DNA of 64,000 nucleotides from Candidatus Thorarchaeota archaeon (GTDB taxonomy: Archaea; Asgardarchaeota; Thorarchaeia; Thorarchaeales; Thorarchaeaceae): positions 2,924,464 through 2,988,463 of the forward strand of contig CP070761.1 in the NCBI GenBank assembly GCA_020348985.1, written 5' to 3'. Under the pieces are notes generated by a model. The model was given only the letters and a program-made list of their open reading frames with translations, searched no databases and was not told the origin of the DNA. Positions 17,004 through 26,639 of the stretch are shown here, piece after piece. Made by a program: the position numbers and the translations under genes. Every line of letters begins with the position of its first letter. Position 1 is the stretch's first letter.

Positions 17004-18299
17004 ATGCTCGAGAAGATTCTCACTGATAGGTTCAGGAAGCTTGTTAGAGCAGTTCTTACCGACGTAAGGAATCAACAAGATCTCAGAGACGAGAAGGAGT
17101 TTGCAAAGGATGAAGAAAGAATAAAGAACGAGCTCCTTGACGATATTGTTCCCTGCCCTGCCAATGAAGTGCTTGATGAGGACTTCACAGTAGCTGCCGT
17201 AGATGGGTCCGGAACCGAGAACTTTGGTATTCTGGACGATGTTCGTCTGCATCTAGTGAGCACATCTGTTGTAGTACTGCAAAGCAACACGCGTAGGGGC
17301 ACTCTGTTTGAGCCAATGGATCGCGCCCAACTGGAGTCTGAGCTGAATCAGGAGCAGCCACATCTTGACATGCATTGGCATTCCGGAGTACGGAATGATG
17401 CGAGAGACAAGCTGGCAGCATCGCTTTCCGACATCTACCCTAACAAGTCAGTGACAGACCTCATTGTGCACTTCTTCCAAGACTATCTAGGCCCACATGT
17501 ATCCAGCTTCTCAGACATCGACTCTACTGATTACGCCAAGCACAAGTCCAAGCTAGAGTCGATTCAGGGGCTCATTTCTCGAGCAGGCTTTCTGACAAAT
17601 ACAGCTGTTCACGATGAGCTTAGAAGGGTGTCTGAGTACGCAGCAGCCCGCACTGTACTGATAAGTGAAATACGACCGAAGTATATTCTGCTAGACGGTG
17701 CACTGAGTGTGTTCATGCATTTTGTACTAAAGTATCCTTCAATGCCTAGCGGATTCATGTTGAGAGAGCTGTGCAGCCTTTCTCGAGAGCGCAACGTGAT
17801 TCTGTGCGCAGTAAGCAAGAATCACACTATTCCTTTTGCCCATCGAATAGCCAAAATGGCTGAAGAGAAGTTTGGGACTGGTTCGAAGTGGTTCTGCCTT
17901 CTACCCTCTCAGAAGGATCCCGGTGGAGGACTTCATATCTATAGTGACAGAACATACATCCCGCCTCGTTTGGCTGTTCCTTATCTCTTCAGCTTCAGTG
18001 AAGACAATCGCCCGTCCAGAATCGACTTCGATCGAGTGTGGTGGAAAAAGAACATCTTCGTGCGCGATGATCCGGCGAAAACCCGCGAAAAAGAAAAGGC
18101 GCTGTTCCAAGAGATAGAATTCATGTCCCGGGATGCACGATGGTATGGATACCCCGTTGCTCTTGCCTTGGCACACGAAGAATGCAAGCTCAGCTACGAA
18201 GATCTTAGAATGGCCAGGGAAGTCTTTGCAGATGTACTTCATGAGCTTGGCGCAGACGTAAGACGATCAACGCCAATGAGAGAGGATTATGGACTATGA
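17004..18299 (+). CDS. nurA: DNA double-strand break repair nuclease NurA
   Basis: AAVDGS, ILLDGAL, AVSK, GYP.AL.LAH..CK motifs; first gene of the herA-mre11-rad50 run; start 17004 (alternative 16956). Confidence 0.88.
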   Translation: MLEKILTDRFRKLVRAVLTDVRNQQDLRDEKEFAKDEERIKNELLDDIVPCPANEVLDEDFTVAAVDGSGTENFGILDDVRLHLVSTSVVVLQSNTRRGTLFEPMDRAQLESELNQEQPHLDMHWHSGVRNDARDKLAASLSDIYPNKSVTDLIVHFFQDYLGPHVSSFSDIDSTDYAKHKSKLESIQGLISRAGFLTNTAVHDELRRVSEYAAARTVLISEIRPKYILLDGALSVFMHFVLKYPSMPSGFMLRELCSLSRERNVILCAVSKNHTIPFAHRIAKMAEEKFGTGSKWFCLLPSQKDPGGGLHIYSDRTYIPPRLAVPYLFSFSEDNRPSRIDFDRVWWKKNIFVRDDPAKTREKEKALFQEIEFMSRDARWYGYPVALALAHEECKLSYEDLRMAREVFADVLHELGADVRRSTPMREDYGL

Positions 18300-18320
18300 T
18301 ACGATTGGGAGGTTGATGAA

Positions 18321-20090
18321 TTGAAGCTAGACAAAAACGCCCTTGGAACGCCATATGGAAGGGTGGGAGTTGGCAACCAGACGAATCTCGAGATAATCGG
18401 AAACAACAGCGATGTGAGTGTTGGCGAGATATTCATGATATACTCAAGTAGGGATGGGCACGAACGAGTCTTCTTCTTCCGAGTATTAGGTCTCCAGAAC
18501 TACCTACGACGAGTTGATGATGTCTCAGAGATAGCGGGCACCCTTATGGTTGAAGGTGAGTCGTATTTATCCGGAATCGAGCGTAACATGCTTCTCTCAC
18601 TAGACGGGAGAATGCTCGGTTACGCAGAACAGGAACGTGGGAAATGGGTCTTCAGATCCCCCCGAAGGTTGCCAGACCATCTTGCGTTTGTCTATAGGCC
18701 TCTTCCAGGAACATCTGACGAGACCGTAAACCTGATGCTCTCCTCACAGATTGACGGTGAGGTTTTCGTGGGTGATTTGCAGGTCGGCGAAGCAACACTT
18801 GATGTTCCAGTCATGATTCCCGCAGAATTCCTACCAATGCATGTGGGCATCTTTGGCTCTACGGGGGCTGGAAAAAGTAATCTCATGATGGTGCTGATCA
18901 AATCTTTCATAGATCACAATCTGGGAGCGAGCCAGAGTAAGGTAGATTCGAAGCCAAGAATGTCGGCATTCTGCATTGACCCCCATGATGAATTTGCCAA
19001 AGGCGTTGACGACCACGGAATACAGAGTGTTGTTGATGCCATGGACCAACAGACACGAAGCGATGTCATAGGCGACTTCTACTACTTGACCACCCATCTT
19101 CGGGCAACACCTCGTGAGGTCAAGAGATATGCTAGAGAAATCAATGTACTCTGGAATGAAATCCAGCCAAGGGATCTGTACTCTATCATGGAGTTCACCC
19201 CTCAAGGCCAGCTCCTCATTGATTCAGTATATTCCCGAGTCCATGAAGGCTGGATTGACCATCTTTTGAAGATGGACGAGGACTCTGAAGCAAAAGCTGG
19301 AGCTCAGAAAGGCACTCTGCGTGCAGTACAGCGACGTCTTAGGTTTCTGGAACGGTCCTCCATTTTCAATGATAGTGGCACATCAATTCTGGATGATGTC
19401 TTTGAGGCAGCAGAGACCGGTCGGATACTTGTTGTCAACACCAGCTTGATGAGTGACAGAGAGCAGTTCCTCTTGACAACGGTTGTAGCACGTACATTGT
19501 TTGACCTGAGACGAGCGGCCAAGAGCAGCGGGAATCTTGGCGACTTTGAACGACAAGGTGAGATGCGTCTACCAAGACCCTTCTTTCAGCGTGTCAAGAA
19601 CAAGGCACGAGCATACTATGGGAAAGGTGGAACGACCAATCAGACTGAAATCCGTGATCTCAAGATGCTTCCCGTGATCCAGATTACTGTAGAGGAAGCG
19701 CCATCGATATTGAATCCCGAACTCATGCGTGGGAGATCTGTCTTCAAGGACATCTCTCGTCAAGGTCGCAAGTTCAACATCGGATTGCTGGTCGTGAGTC
19801 AGCAGGTGAGCGTGTTGGACAACGTCATCCTCAGTCAGATGAACACGGAAATCAACCTTCGACTAGGCAATGAAAAAGAAATCAAAGCCTGCATTGAAAA
19901 CGCTAGTGTAAACATCGCAGGATTTGAGGGGGAGTTTCGCGTTATGGCAAGAGGTGAGGCGCTGCTAACGGCTTCGTACAGAGAGCTTCCGCTCCCAGTT
20001 AAGATTCCACTGTTTGACACAGTCTTTGAACGGGACAAGAGTCTATACAAGGCAAAGGGAACGAAGAAGAAGGAAACCCATCATCTTTGA
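18321..20090 (+). CDS. herA: HerA helicase/translocase
   Basis: HAS-barrel-like N-terminus, HVGIFGSTGAGKSN, IDPHDEF, VEEA, RQGRKF.IGL.VVSQ. Confidence 0.93.
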   Translation: MKLDKNALGTPYGRVGVGNQTNLEIIGNNSDVSVGEIFMIYSSRDGHERVFFFRVLGLQNYLRRVDDVSEIAGTLMVEGESYLSGIERNMLLSLDGRMLGYAEQERGKWVFRSPRRLPDHLAFVYRPLPGTSDETVNLMLSSQIDGEVFVGDLQVGEATLDVPVMIPAEFLPMHVGIFGSTGAGKSNLMMVLIKSFIDHNLGASQSKVDSKPRMSAFCIDPHDEFAKGVDDHGIQSVVDAMDQQTRSDVIGDFYYLTTHLRATPREVKRYAREINVLWNEIQPRDLYSIMEFTPQGQLLIDSVYSRVHEGWIDHLLKMDEDSEAKAGAQKGTLRAVQRRLRFLERSSIFNDSGTSILDDVFEAAETGRILVVNTSLMSDREQFLLTTVVARTLFDLRRAAKSSGNLGDFERQGEMRLPRPFFQRVKNKARAYYGKGGTTNQTEIRDLKMLPVIQITVEEAPSILNPELMRGRSVFKDISRQGRKFNIGLLVVSQQVSVLDNVILSQMNTEINLRLGNEKEIKACIENASVNIAGFEGEFRVMARGEALLTASYRELPLPVKIPLFDTVFERDKSLYKAKGTKKKETHHL

Positions 20091-20094
20091 GTGA

Positions 20095-21411
20095 ATGAAT
20101 ATGACGGTTCGAATTGCTCACATTTCAGACACACACCTCGGAACGAGGTTCCGGTCAGGCATCAAACAGAATGTCTGGGCCGAAGAGATGAGAATCCGTC
20201 TGCTAGAGAATGACTTCTATGAACGATTCGAAGAAGTGTTCCAGAGAATCGCCAATGCCGACCCTCCTGTTAAACTGGTCATTCACTCGGGAGACTTGTA
20301 TGATACGCCGACTCCCAACAACCCAATCCAGCCGCCAGTCGTTGCACGTGAAGTTGCAATCTCAGTCTTGAACGAGTTCATCGAAAAAACAGGCATTCCC
20401 GTTCTTGCCATTGAAGGGAACCATGGTCTCTACAGAACACTGAAGGTATCATTACTTGACTCGCTTAGCCTAGCTGTAGAGGGTTTAGATGTCTTCACAC
20501 AGGTTGATCTAATCAACGCGCTTCGAGATGACAAGCCGCTGAAGAAGAGCTATGATGACCTCGAAGTCTTCTGCTTCCCATTCATAGATCATGCTGTTCT
20601 GGAAGCCACTGACAAGCTTGCTGATTTCAATGAATGGATCACTACTCAGCAAACGCCTCGAAGTGATGTTCCATCCATTGGTGTTGCACATGGAATGAGT
20701 CAGGACAAGTCATTATACTCCGCCATTCTAAGCATGGGATACGACTACGTTGCACTTGGGCATGACCACATTCAGCAGAAACAATCTGCAAGAGCGTGGT
20801 ACTCCGGTTCAATTGAGCGATGGAGGTTCGATGAAGCTAATCACAAAAAAGGGTACTTGATCGTTGAAGTTGCGCCTGGAAAGCAGCCTAAGGTTACCCC
20901 CACGCTTTTTGAGTTCAGTAGGCCTGTCTTCGATGAAGATATCAGTATTGAGCCTGATGACACGGTGGAATCGGTAATCGCAACTGTTGAATCGTGGCTG
21001 CAAGACAAGGGTTTGGTCGCTAAGTGGAACCCTGCAACAGCTGCTCGAGTTCGACTTACGTTCCAAGGAGAGTCCCCTCGATTAAGTGGACTCGATCTGA
21101 ACAGCGCAATGGAACTATTCAGAGCTGAGGTTCTTCGCGATGAATCTCGTTACAATGTGGTCCAGCTAGTTTGGCCACCCAAGAGATCAGTCATCGACCA
21201 TGACTCAGCAGCCTACCCCGAGATTGTGTCCGAGTATCTCATCGAAGATCCTGAGCAAGACTTCAGGAGCTATCTGGAATCCGAGGAGCTGCCTGAAGAA
21301 TATGATTCAGAGAAGCTGATTTCGATAGCTGTAAAGGCACTACAGTTTGCGGTCTCAGGAAAGGGAGAGAAGCTCACACCTGAGCTAGTATTTGAGGAGG
21401 AGAAGACTTGA
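20095..21411 (+). CDS. mre11: Mre11 nuclease
   Basis: HISDTHLG, SGDLYD, GNHG, YVALGHDH, YSGSIER..F.E. Confidence 0.92.
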   Translation: MNMTVRIAHISDTHLGTRFRSGIKQNVWAEEMRIRLLENDFYERFEEVFQRIANADPPVKLVIHSGDLYDTPTPNNPIQPPVVAREVAISVLNEFIEKTGIPVLAIEGNHGLYRTLKVSLLDSLSLAVEGLDVFTQVDLINALRDDKPLKKSYDDLEVFCFPFIDHAVLEATDKLADFNEWITTQQTPRSDVPSIGVAHGMSQDKSLYSAILSMGYDYVALGHDHIQQKQSARAWYSGSIERWRFDEANHKKGYLIVEVAPGKQPKVTPTLFEFSRPVFDEDISIEPDDTVESVIATVESWLQDKGLVAKWNPATAARVRLTFQGESPRLSGLDLNSAMELFRAEVLRDESRYNVVQLVWPPKRSVIDHDSAAYPEIVSEYLIEDPEQDFRSYLESEELPEEYDSEKLISIAVKALQFAVSGKGEKLTPELVFEEEKT

Positions 21412-23507
21412 GGTTGCTCAGCATCGAGTTAAGGAATTTCAAACCTTTCAGACACCTCAGGCTTCCTGAAGACGAAGACGCCGTTCTCCCTGAAGGTCTG
21501 ATAATAATCAGGGGCGCGAACTCAACTGGCAAGTCTTCTCTGTTTGATGCAATTCTCTGGTGTCTATGGGGCTCTGATGCTGTTCTAGCCACCAATGACG
21601 AACTCGTCAACTTCTCATCCACACATTGTTGGGTAGACCTAGTGATTGAAGTTGATGGCACGCGATACAGGTTGAAGCGCGAATTCAGTAGGGCGGACGG
21701 AATGTCAGTACTACTCTCTGTGGAGAAGGAGAACGGATGGCAAAGAATCGCTCACAAGATTTCGGACGTTAGTAGCAAGATTCGGGAAATCCTGAACCTT
21801 GATTTGAAACAAGCTCTAGACACACTCCTTGTCAGACAGGGCGAAGTGGCTAGAATAGCAAATGCGAAGCCCACAGAATTGCGCAAGCTTCTGGGCGAAG
21901 TCTACAACATAGAACTAGTCAGGCAGATGGGGTCCCAGCTCGAGAATCTAGAATCAGAGCTTGACATCAAGATTGGTGTCCTCAATGGTCAGTATGTTCC
22001 TCCTGGTTACATTGAGGATGAAATCAAACAGATCAGACAAAACGTCGAATCGTTTGAAGACTCCCAAAAAGAGATTGAAGGAAGAGTAGCACAACAAGAA
22101 GATAATCTGAAGGGTCTTCCAACCGAAGACTCGATTGAGGAGCTTCTGGAAAATCAACGTGAGATTGACCAAAGGAGGACAACATACGAAGCGACAATGG
22201 TTGACAGGGATCAGTTTCTAACGGATGCAGGGGTCGCAGAAGCAGATGAACGGGTAGTAGCCAAGAAGCTGGATCTCTTGCGCAAAGAGCTTGTTCGAAA
22301 CAAAGAGGAACATGAGACTACTCTCGCAAACATAAGCAACATCGACAAAGAGATTGGAAGCATTTCTGGAACGGAAGATGATCTTCGTAAGAAAATTGAA
22401 ACCCTCGAAACCGTTGACGTCAAAGGTGACTCTCCTGCAGAGTGCCCGACTTGTGCAAAACCTCTAACTCTGGAGCATCGTGACGAGATTCTAGTCGAGT
22501 ATCGTGCAACGATTGCAGAAGGCAAGAGAAAGTCGAAAGAACTTGCTGAGGAACGGCGAGAACTTGTTGAGTCGAAAGAGAAGAATGAGACGCGAATCCG
22601 TGACATCGAATCCGCGATGGACGCATTGGATAGACTCGCTGCAAAGCAAAAAGATGTAGTTGACAGAAGGAATGCGCTAGAAGAGTCTGAAGAGAAACTG
22701 AAATCGGCTCTCTCCGATCTTGGCATAAAGGACATTGAGAAGCTCCTTTCTAAGCATTCTGCTCGTACACTATCCGAATTGTATAGTCTCGCAACTCAAT
22801 TGACCTCCGACCTCGAATCTCTGAATAGGGAGCGCGAATCGATTCAGAAGCAAATAGAGACCCAAACACAAACCATAGAGCGGAAGACAAGAGATATTGC
22901 AAGGATGAAGGAAATAGCTGCAGAGCGTGATAACCTCAAGTCCCTTCTCAATCACACAAAACATGTTCGTCTGAAGCTTGTCAGCGGGTTTGTGGCGGAC
23001 TACGTGGTCCAGAAGAGGTTGATTGGGATCATCAGAGGGGCAACTAATCCCTATATTCGATCTTTCACAAACGGCCAATACACCAATATCGACTTTATAG
23101 CAAAAGCGGGCAAAGGTCGTGGGGGTGCTGGCTTGGTCCTGGAGGTTCGTGACGAGCGAGACGTGGCGAAGAAGAAGTCATCACAATTGAGCTTTGGAGA
23201 TAGGACAGCTATAAGCTTGGGACTCAGACTAGGAATAAGCAAGACGATGAGCAGTATACGTCCTATGAAGGACAGCCCTGCAATCTCACCAAGAATTCGC
23301 TGTGTGATGCTCGATGAACCGTTGGCGGGTTTGGACCAAACTCGCCGCTCAGAAGTCGTGCGAAGTCTAGTCGATGACCTTTCTTTCAAACAGATATTCC
23401 TAATCACTCACACTGATGTTCAAGAATGGCAGGGCGTGTCTATGATTGACGTAAGAAGTGAAGGTACTGCCAGTGTGGCAGTACTCAGGGAAGGGTCTGA
23501 AGGCTAA
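21408..23507 (+). CDS. rad50: Rad50 ATPase
   Basis: Walker A GANSTGKS, Q-loop RQGE, Zn hook CPTC within coiled coil, Walker B MLDEP, ITH; start overlaps the mre11 stop. Confidence 0.92.
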   Translation: MRLLSIELRNFKPFRHLRLPEDEDAVLPEGLIIIRGANSTGKSSLFDAILWCLWGSDAVLATNDELVNFSSTHCWVDLVIEVDGTRYRLKREFSRADGMSVLLSVEKENGWQRIAHKISDVSSKIREILNLDLKQALDTLLVRQGEVARIANAKPTELRKLLGEVYNIELVRQMGSQLENLESELDIKIGVLNGQYVPPGYIEDEIKQIRQNVESFEDSQKEIEGRVAQQEDNLKGLPTEDSIEELLENQREIDQRRTTYEATMVDRDQFLTDAGVAEADERVVAKKLDLLRKELVRNKEEHETTLANISNIDKEIGSISGTEDDLRKKIETLETVDVKGDSPAECPTCAKPLTLEHRDEILVEYRATIAEGKRKSKELAEERRELVESKEKNETRIRDIESAMDALDRLAAKQKDVVDRRNALEESEEKLKSALSDLGIKDIEKLLSKHSARTLSELYSLATQLTSDLESLNRERESIQKQIETQTQTIERKTRDIARMKEIAAERDNLKSLLNHTKHVRLKLVSGFVADYVVQKRLIGIIRGATNPYIRSFTNGQYTNIDFIAKAGKGRGGAGLVLEVRDERDVAKKKSSQLSFGDRTAISLGLRLGISKTMSSIRPMKDSPAISPRIRCVMLDEPLAGLDQTRRSEVVRSLVDDLSFKQIFLITHTDVQEWQGVSMIDVRSEGTASVAVLREGSEG

Positions 23508-23562
23508 GACTGATCACTCTCTGAGCAAATGATTAATCAGATGGGTTACAGGTTTCTGAAGT

Positions 23563-25107
23563 ATGAGCTGGAAATCCAGAATCCTTAGCCACCTGCCTCT
23601 AATTGTGATATTGATTGCAGGTCTAGTGGTTTGGATTCAAGTCTTTCAGATTGCGGCTGAAGATTATCTTGCAGAGGGTTCTTGGAACAGCATGCATGCA
23701 TGGCTAGGAGGCGCGGGGCGCGTAGGTGTAGATGTCGGTCAATTCGATTTCTTTGGATTGACAATACCATTCCAGTTCGAAGGCTACTCGGACTACAGCT
23801 ACTTCTACAAGCACTGGGGAAACAACGTCCTGAACGGGCTTCTTCCATATTCCCCAGAATTTGGTTATCTTGAGATAGATGGGATTGTAAACGAGAACGG
23901 TGTATATTTCTTCCCGCCACTGTACGCGATTCTTTGCGCCTTTGGTGTATTGTTAGAACCAAATATCGGAATAGGAATAATCCTATCTTCATTCGGATTC
24001 GTCACAGTCCTCCCTGTTTACGGAATTGCCACGGAACTGTCGAATAACAGGCGTGTTGGAGAGATAGCGGCTCTAACTTACCTGTTTAACCCCAACGTGT
24101 TATACCACGTCACTTTCCTCTGGATGAATACTCCGCCATTCATTTTCTTCTTCTTTTCGGGATTCTATATGCTCATCACTGGACGACGTCATGCTGGTAC
24201 CCTTCTGATTGTGATGGCAGCACTTTTCAAGCAGACCGCATGGTTTCTTGGCATTCCGCTAGTTGTACATCTGCTCATCCGAAAGAGGAATTCGAACGGT
24301 GAGTCATCAGAGAAGAAGAACCTGATTGATTCGCTTGCAAGTACTATGGACTTCAAGGCATTTGCGACCAGCGTTGTCGTTGTGTTGATCTTTGGGCTTG
24401 CAGTTCTCTTGCCCTTCCTTCTCGCCCAGCCTGATACGATGCTGTCCTACATGTCACTGGCTGCAGGTGGATTTCCCTTGGAATCGTTCACAGATCCGCC
24501 CGGGTATGGAAGTCCCATGAGATTTCAAGTATTGCCTGTTGTCTTGGGATTCCCCGACGCTGCACAGTTCCTTGACGGCCTTGTCTATTATGGGATTCTT
24601 CTGTGGTTCGGTGTTACTCTTCTTGGTGGCTACCTCTTCTTTGAACCAAAAATGGATACAAACCGTAATCACTACTTTCGGAGACTCTTGTTTGTAACCA
24701 TGCTAATGATGTTCTGGGTTCACCTCATGGGTCCTCGTGGAGTCTACAAGTACTACTTCACCCTCTTTGCACCATTCTTCTCCATCTTCTCATCACGCGG
24801 CATGGTCGTGGGTCCTGAGGAACGTGTCAAGGCTTCACCCACAATGCTGTTCATTCCAGCTCTGTTCAGTTCTTTGATTCTGATTCCTCCTCGTAACATA
24901 TACTTCGTCTCTGTCATCGCGATATACCTACTGTACATTCTGGCCTCAGTATCAGGTTGGAGAAGGAAGCCATCTCCTGATGCTCCTCCGGAGCCGAGCG
25001 AACTCACTGAGATGTCAGAAACTCCAGACAGCTCGACACCTCTCGAAGACGTTAATACGCAGACTGTTGTTGACAAAGTGGGTACTGGAGACAACTCAAT
25101 GAACTGA
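23563..25107 (+). CDS. GT-C fold membrane glycosyltransferase (GT87/PIG-M-like)
   Basis: Multi-TM; acidic first loop EGYSD, G.LPY, Y.FPPLY, YLFNP, FKQTA, PRGVYKYYF. Confidence 0.7.
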   Translation: MSWKSRILSHLPLIVILIAGLVVWIQVFQIAAEDYLAEGSWNSMHAWLGGAGRVGVDVGQFDFFGLTIPFQFEGYSDYSYFYKHWGNNVLNGLLPYSPEFGYLEIDGIVNENGVYFFPPLYAILCAFGVLLEPNIGIGIILSSFGFVTVLPVYGIATELSNNRRVGEIAALTYLFNPNVLYHVTFLWMNTPPFIFFFFSGFYMLITGRRHAGTLLIVMAALFKQTAWFLGIPLVVHLLIRKRNSNGESSEKKNLIDSLASTMDFKAFATSVVVVLIFGLAVLLPFLLAQPDTMLSYMSLAAGGFPLESFTDPPGYGSPMRFQVLPVVLGFPDAAQFLDGLVYYGILLWFGVTLLGGYLFFEPKMDTNRNHYFRRLLFVTMLMMFWVHLMGPRGVYKYYFTLFAPFFSIFSSRGMVVGPEERVKASPTMLFIPALFSSLILIPPRNIYFVSVIAIYLLYILASVSGWRRKPSPDAPPEPSELTEMSETPDSSTPLEDVNTQTVVDKVGTGDNSMN

Positions 25108-25125
25108 AACAAGAGAAGAGTATCT

Positions 25126-26616
25126 ATGTCAGGTCTGCTTTCTCCCATTCAACGAATATACAGATATGCTAGGACTCATTGGATGCTCATTCTGGTTCTC
25201 GTTTTGGCAGCCTTCGTGTGGACGTTGATATTCTCGTTCGCTGCTGTTGAATTCGTTTCTGGGACTAGACCTTTCAGAGCAGCCTGGAATGGAGAGGCGG
25301 ATATCATGCTCTTTGGGTACACTTTCGATGTTCATTTCGAGGGTTTTGCGGACCATGATTTCTACTACGTTACCTGGGGAGAGCAATTCCTATCGGGTTA
25401 TATTCCTTATACTGACTTGTTCGACAACCTCATTATTGACACAGTGGAGTGGTACACTCCCTTCTTCTTTCCGCCTTTGTACGTCTATCTCTGCGCTCTC
25501 GGCGTTACTCTTCCATTCGAACCCTCGGGCATAGCCGTTCTGATCTGTTCCTTTGGATACTTGACTGCATTACCAATCTACGGTATCGTCACCTATCTTT
25601 CAGACCGACGCGACATTGGTGCAGTTTCAGCGGCAACGTATCTGTTCAATCCCCTGATTCTGTACCATACGGTGATTCAATGGCTTAACCCCGCCCCCTT
25701 CGTTTTCTTTGCAATGACATCTCTATACTTGTTGATGAGAGGCCATCGGTATCTGGGTCTGCTATCTATGGTAACAGCGGCATTGTTCAAGCAGACTGCA
25801 TTCTTTCTTGCCTTTCCCCTGATCGCCTTTCTAATCAAGCGGCCGCCTGGCTGGAAGGCCCAGAATGAGGAGTCTAACGGAGGAGACAAGAAGAAGAGAA
25901 TACTGCCTAGCGATAGAGTAGATCTTTCTGGTTTCTTCAGGATGATAGTGGTTGCAGGAATATACGCTGGCATTGTTTCGTTTCCGTACATACTCGATCT
26001 GGGAAACTATGCGTTCAATATTTTCCAAAGAGCCGGTTCTACATTCTTGGAGGATTTTGTCACCCCGCCAGCTAACAATGTCCCGATTACCATGGCTGTT
26101 CCATTCATTGTCCTGGGTGCTCCAGAATGGTTCTCTCAAGCTTTGAACGCGTTTTCATTCTATTCCCTAGGTGTTCTGATTGGGATTCTGATATTCTTCA
26201 CCCTGATGCTTTTTGAAGTGAAGGATGACTCCGATCTGCAAGGATACTGGCGACGAATAATGTACTTCACCTTACTGCTCATGCTATGGATTCACATCTG
26301 GTCGCCAAGGGGAGTCTACAAGTACTACTTTGTGGCTTTAGTTCCCTTCTTTTCGATACTTTCTGTTTCTTCGATGTGCTCGAAGTCAAAGGAGAAGATT
26401 GAATTCTCCTTGTTCATGGTAGTCGTCCCTTTCCTCTTCACCATCTTGATCCTATTTCCTCACCGAAACATCTACCTTCTTGGCGTTGTCTTCATACTCC
26501 TTGCCTATGTCATTCAGAAGTCAATAGCCAAGGTTCACCACCGCCTCGGATCGGCATTGGGGGCAGCATTCACTCCATTTCGCACTCGTATCCGGCAGGG
26601 CAAGTCCCTTGACTGA
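25126..26616 (+). CDS. GT-C fold membrane glycosyltransferase, tandem paralogue
   Basis: Shares EG..D, FFPPLY, TYLFNP, ALFKQTA and PRGVYKYYF with the upstream gene. Confidence 0.7.
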   Translation: MSGLLSPIQRIYRYARTHWMLILVLVLAAFVWTLIFSFAAVEFVSGTRPFRAAWNGEADIMLFGYTFDVHFEGFADHDFYYVTWGEQFLSGYIPYTDLFDNLIIDTVEWYTPFFFPPLYVYLCALGVTLPFEPSGIAVLICSFGYLTALPIYGIVTYLSDRRDIGAVSAATYLFNPLILYHTVIQWLNPAPFVFFAMTSLYLLMRGHRYLGLLSMVTAALFKQTAFFLAFPLIAFLIKRPPGWKAQNEESNGGDKKKRILPSDRVDLSGFFRMIVVAGIYAGIVSFPYILDLGNYAFNIFQRAGSTFLEDFVTPPANNVPITMAVPFIVLGAPEWFSQALNAFSFYSLGVLIGILIFFTLMLFEVKDDSDLQGYWRRIMYFTLLLMLWIHIWSPRGVYKYYFVALVPFFSILSVSSMCSKSKEKIEFSLFMVVVPFLFTILILFPHRNIYLLGVVFILLAYVIQKSIAKVHHRLGSALGAAFTPFRTRIRQGKSLD

Positions 26617-26639
26617 TTCATTGGTACAAAGAAGAGTGG

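Noticed and set aside
17004-23507. HerA/NurA as an anti-phage defence system
   Set aside because: Canonical archaeal nurA-herA-mre11-rad50 repair operon
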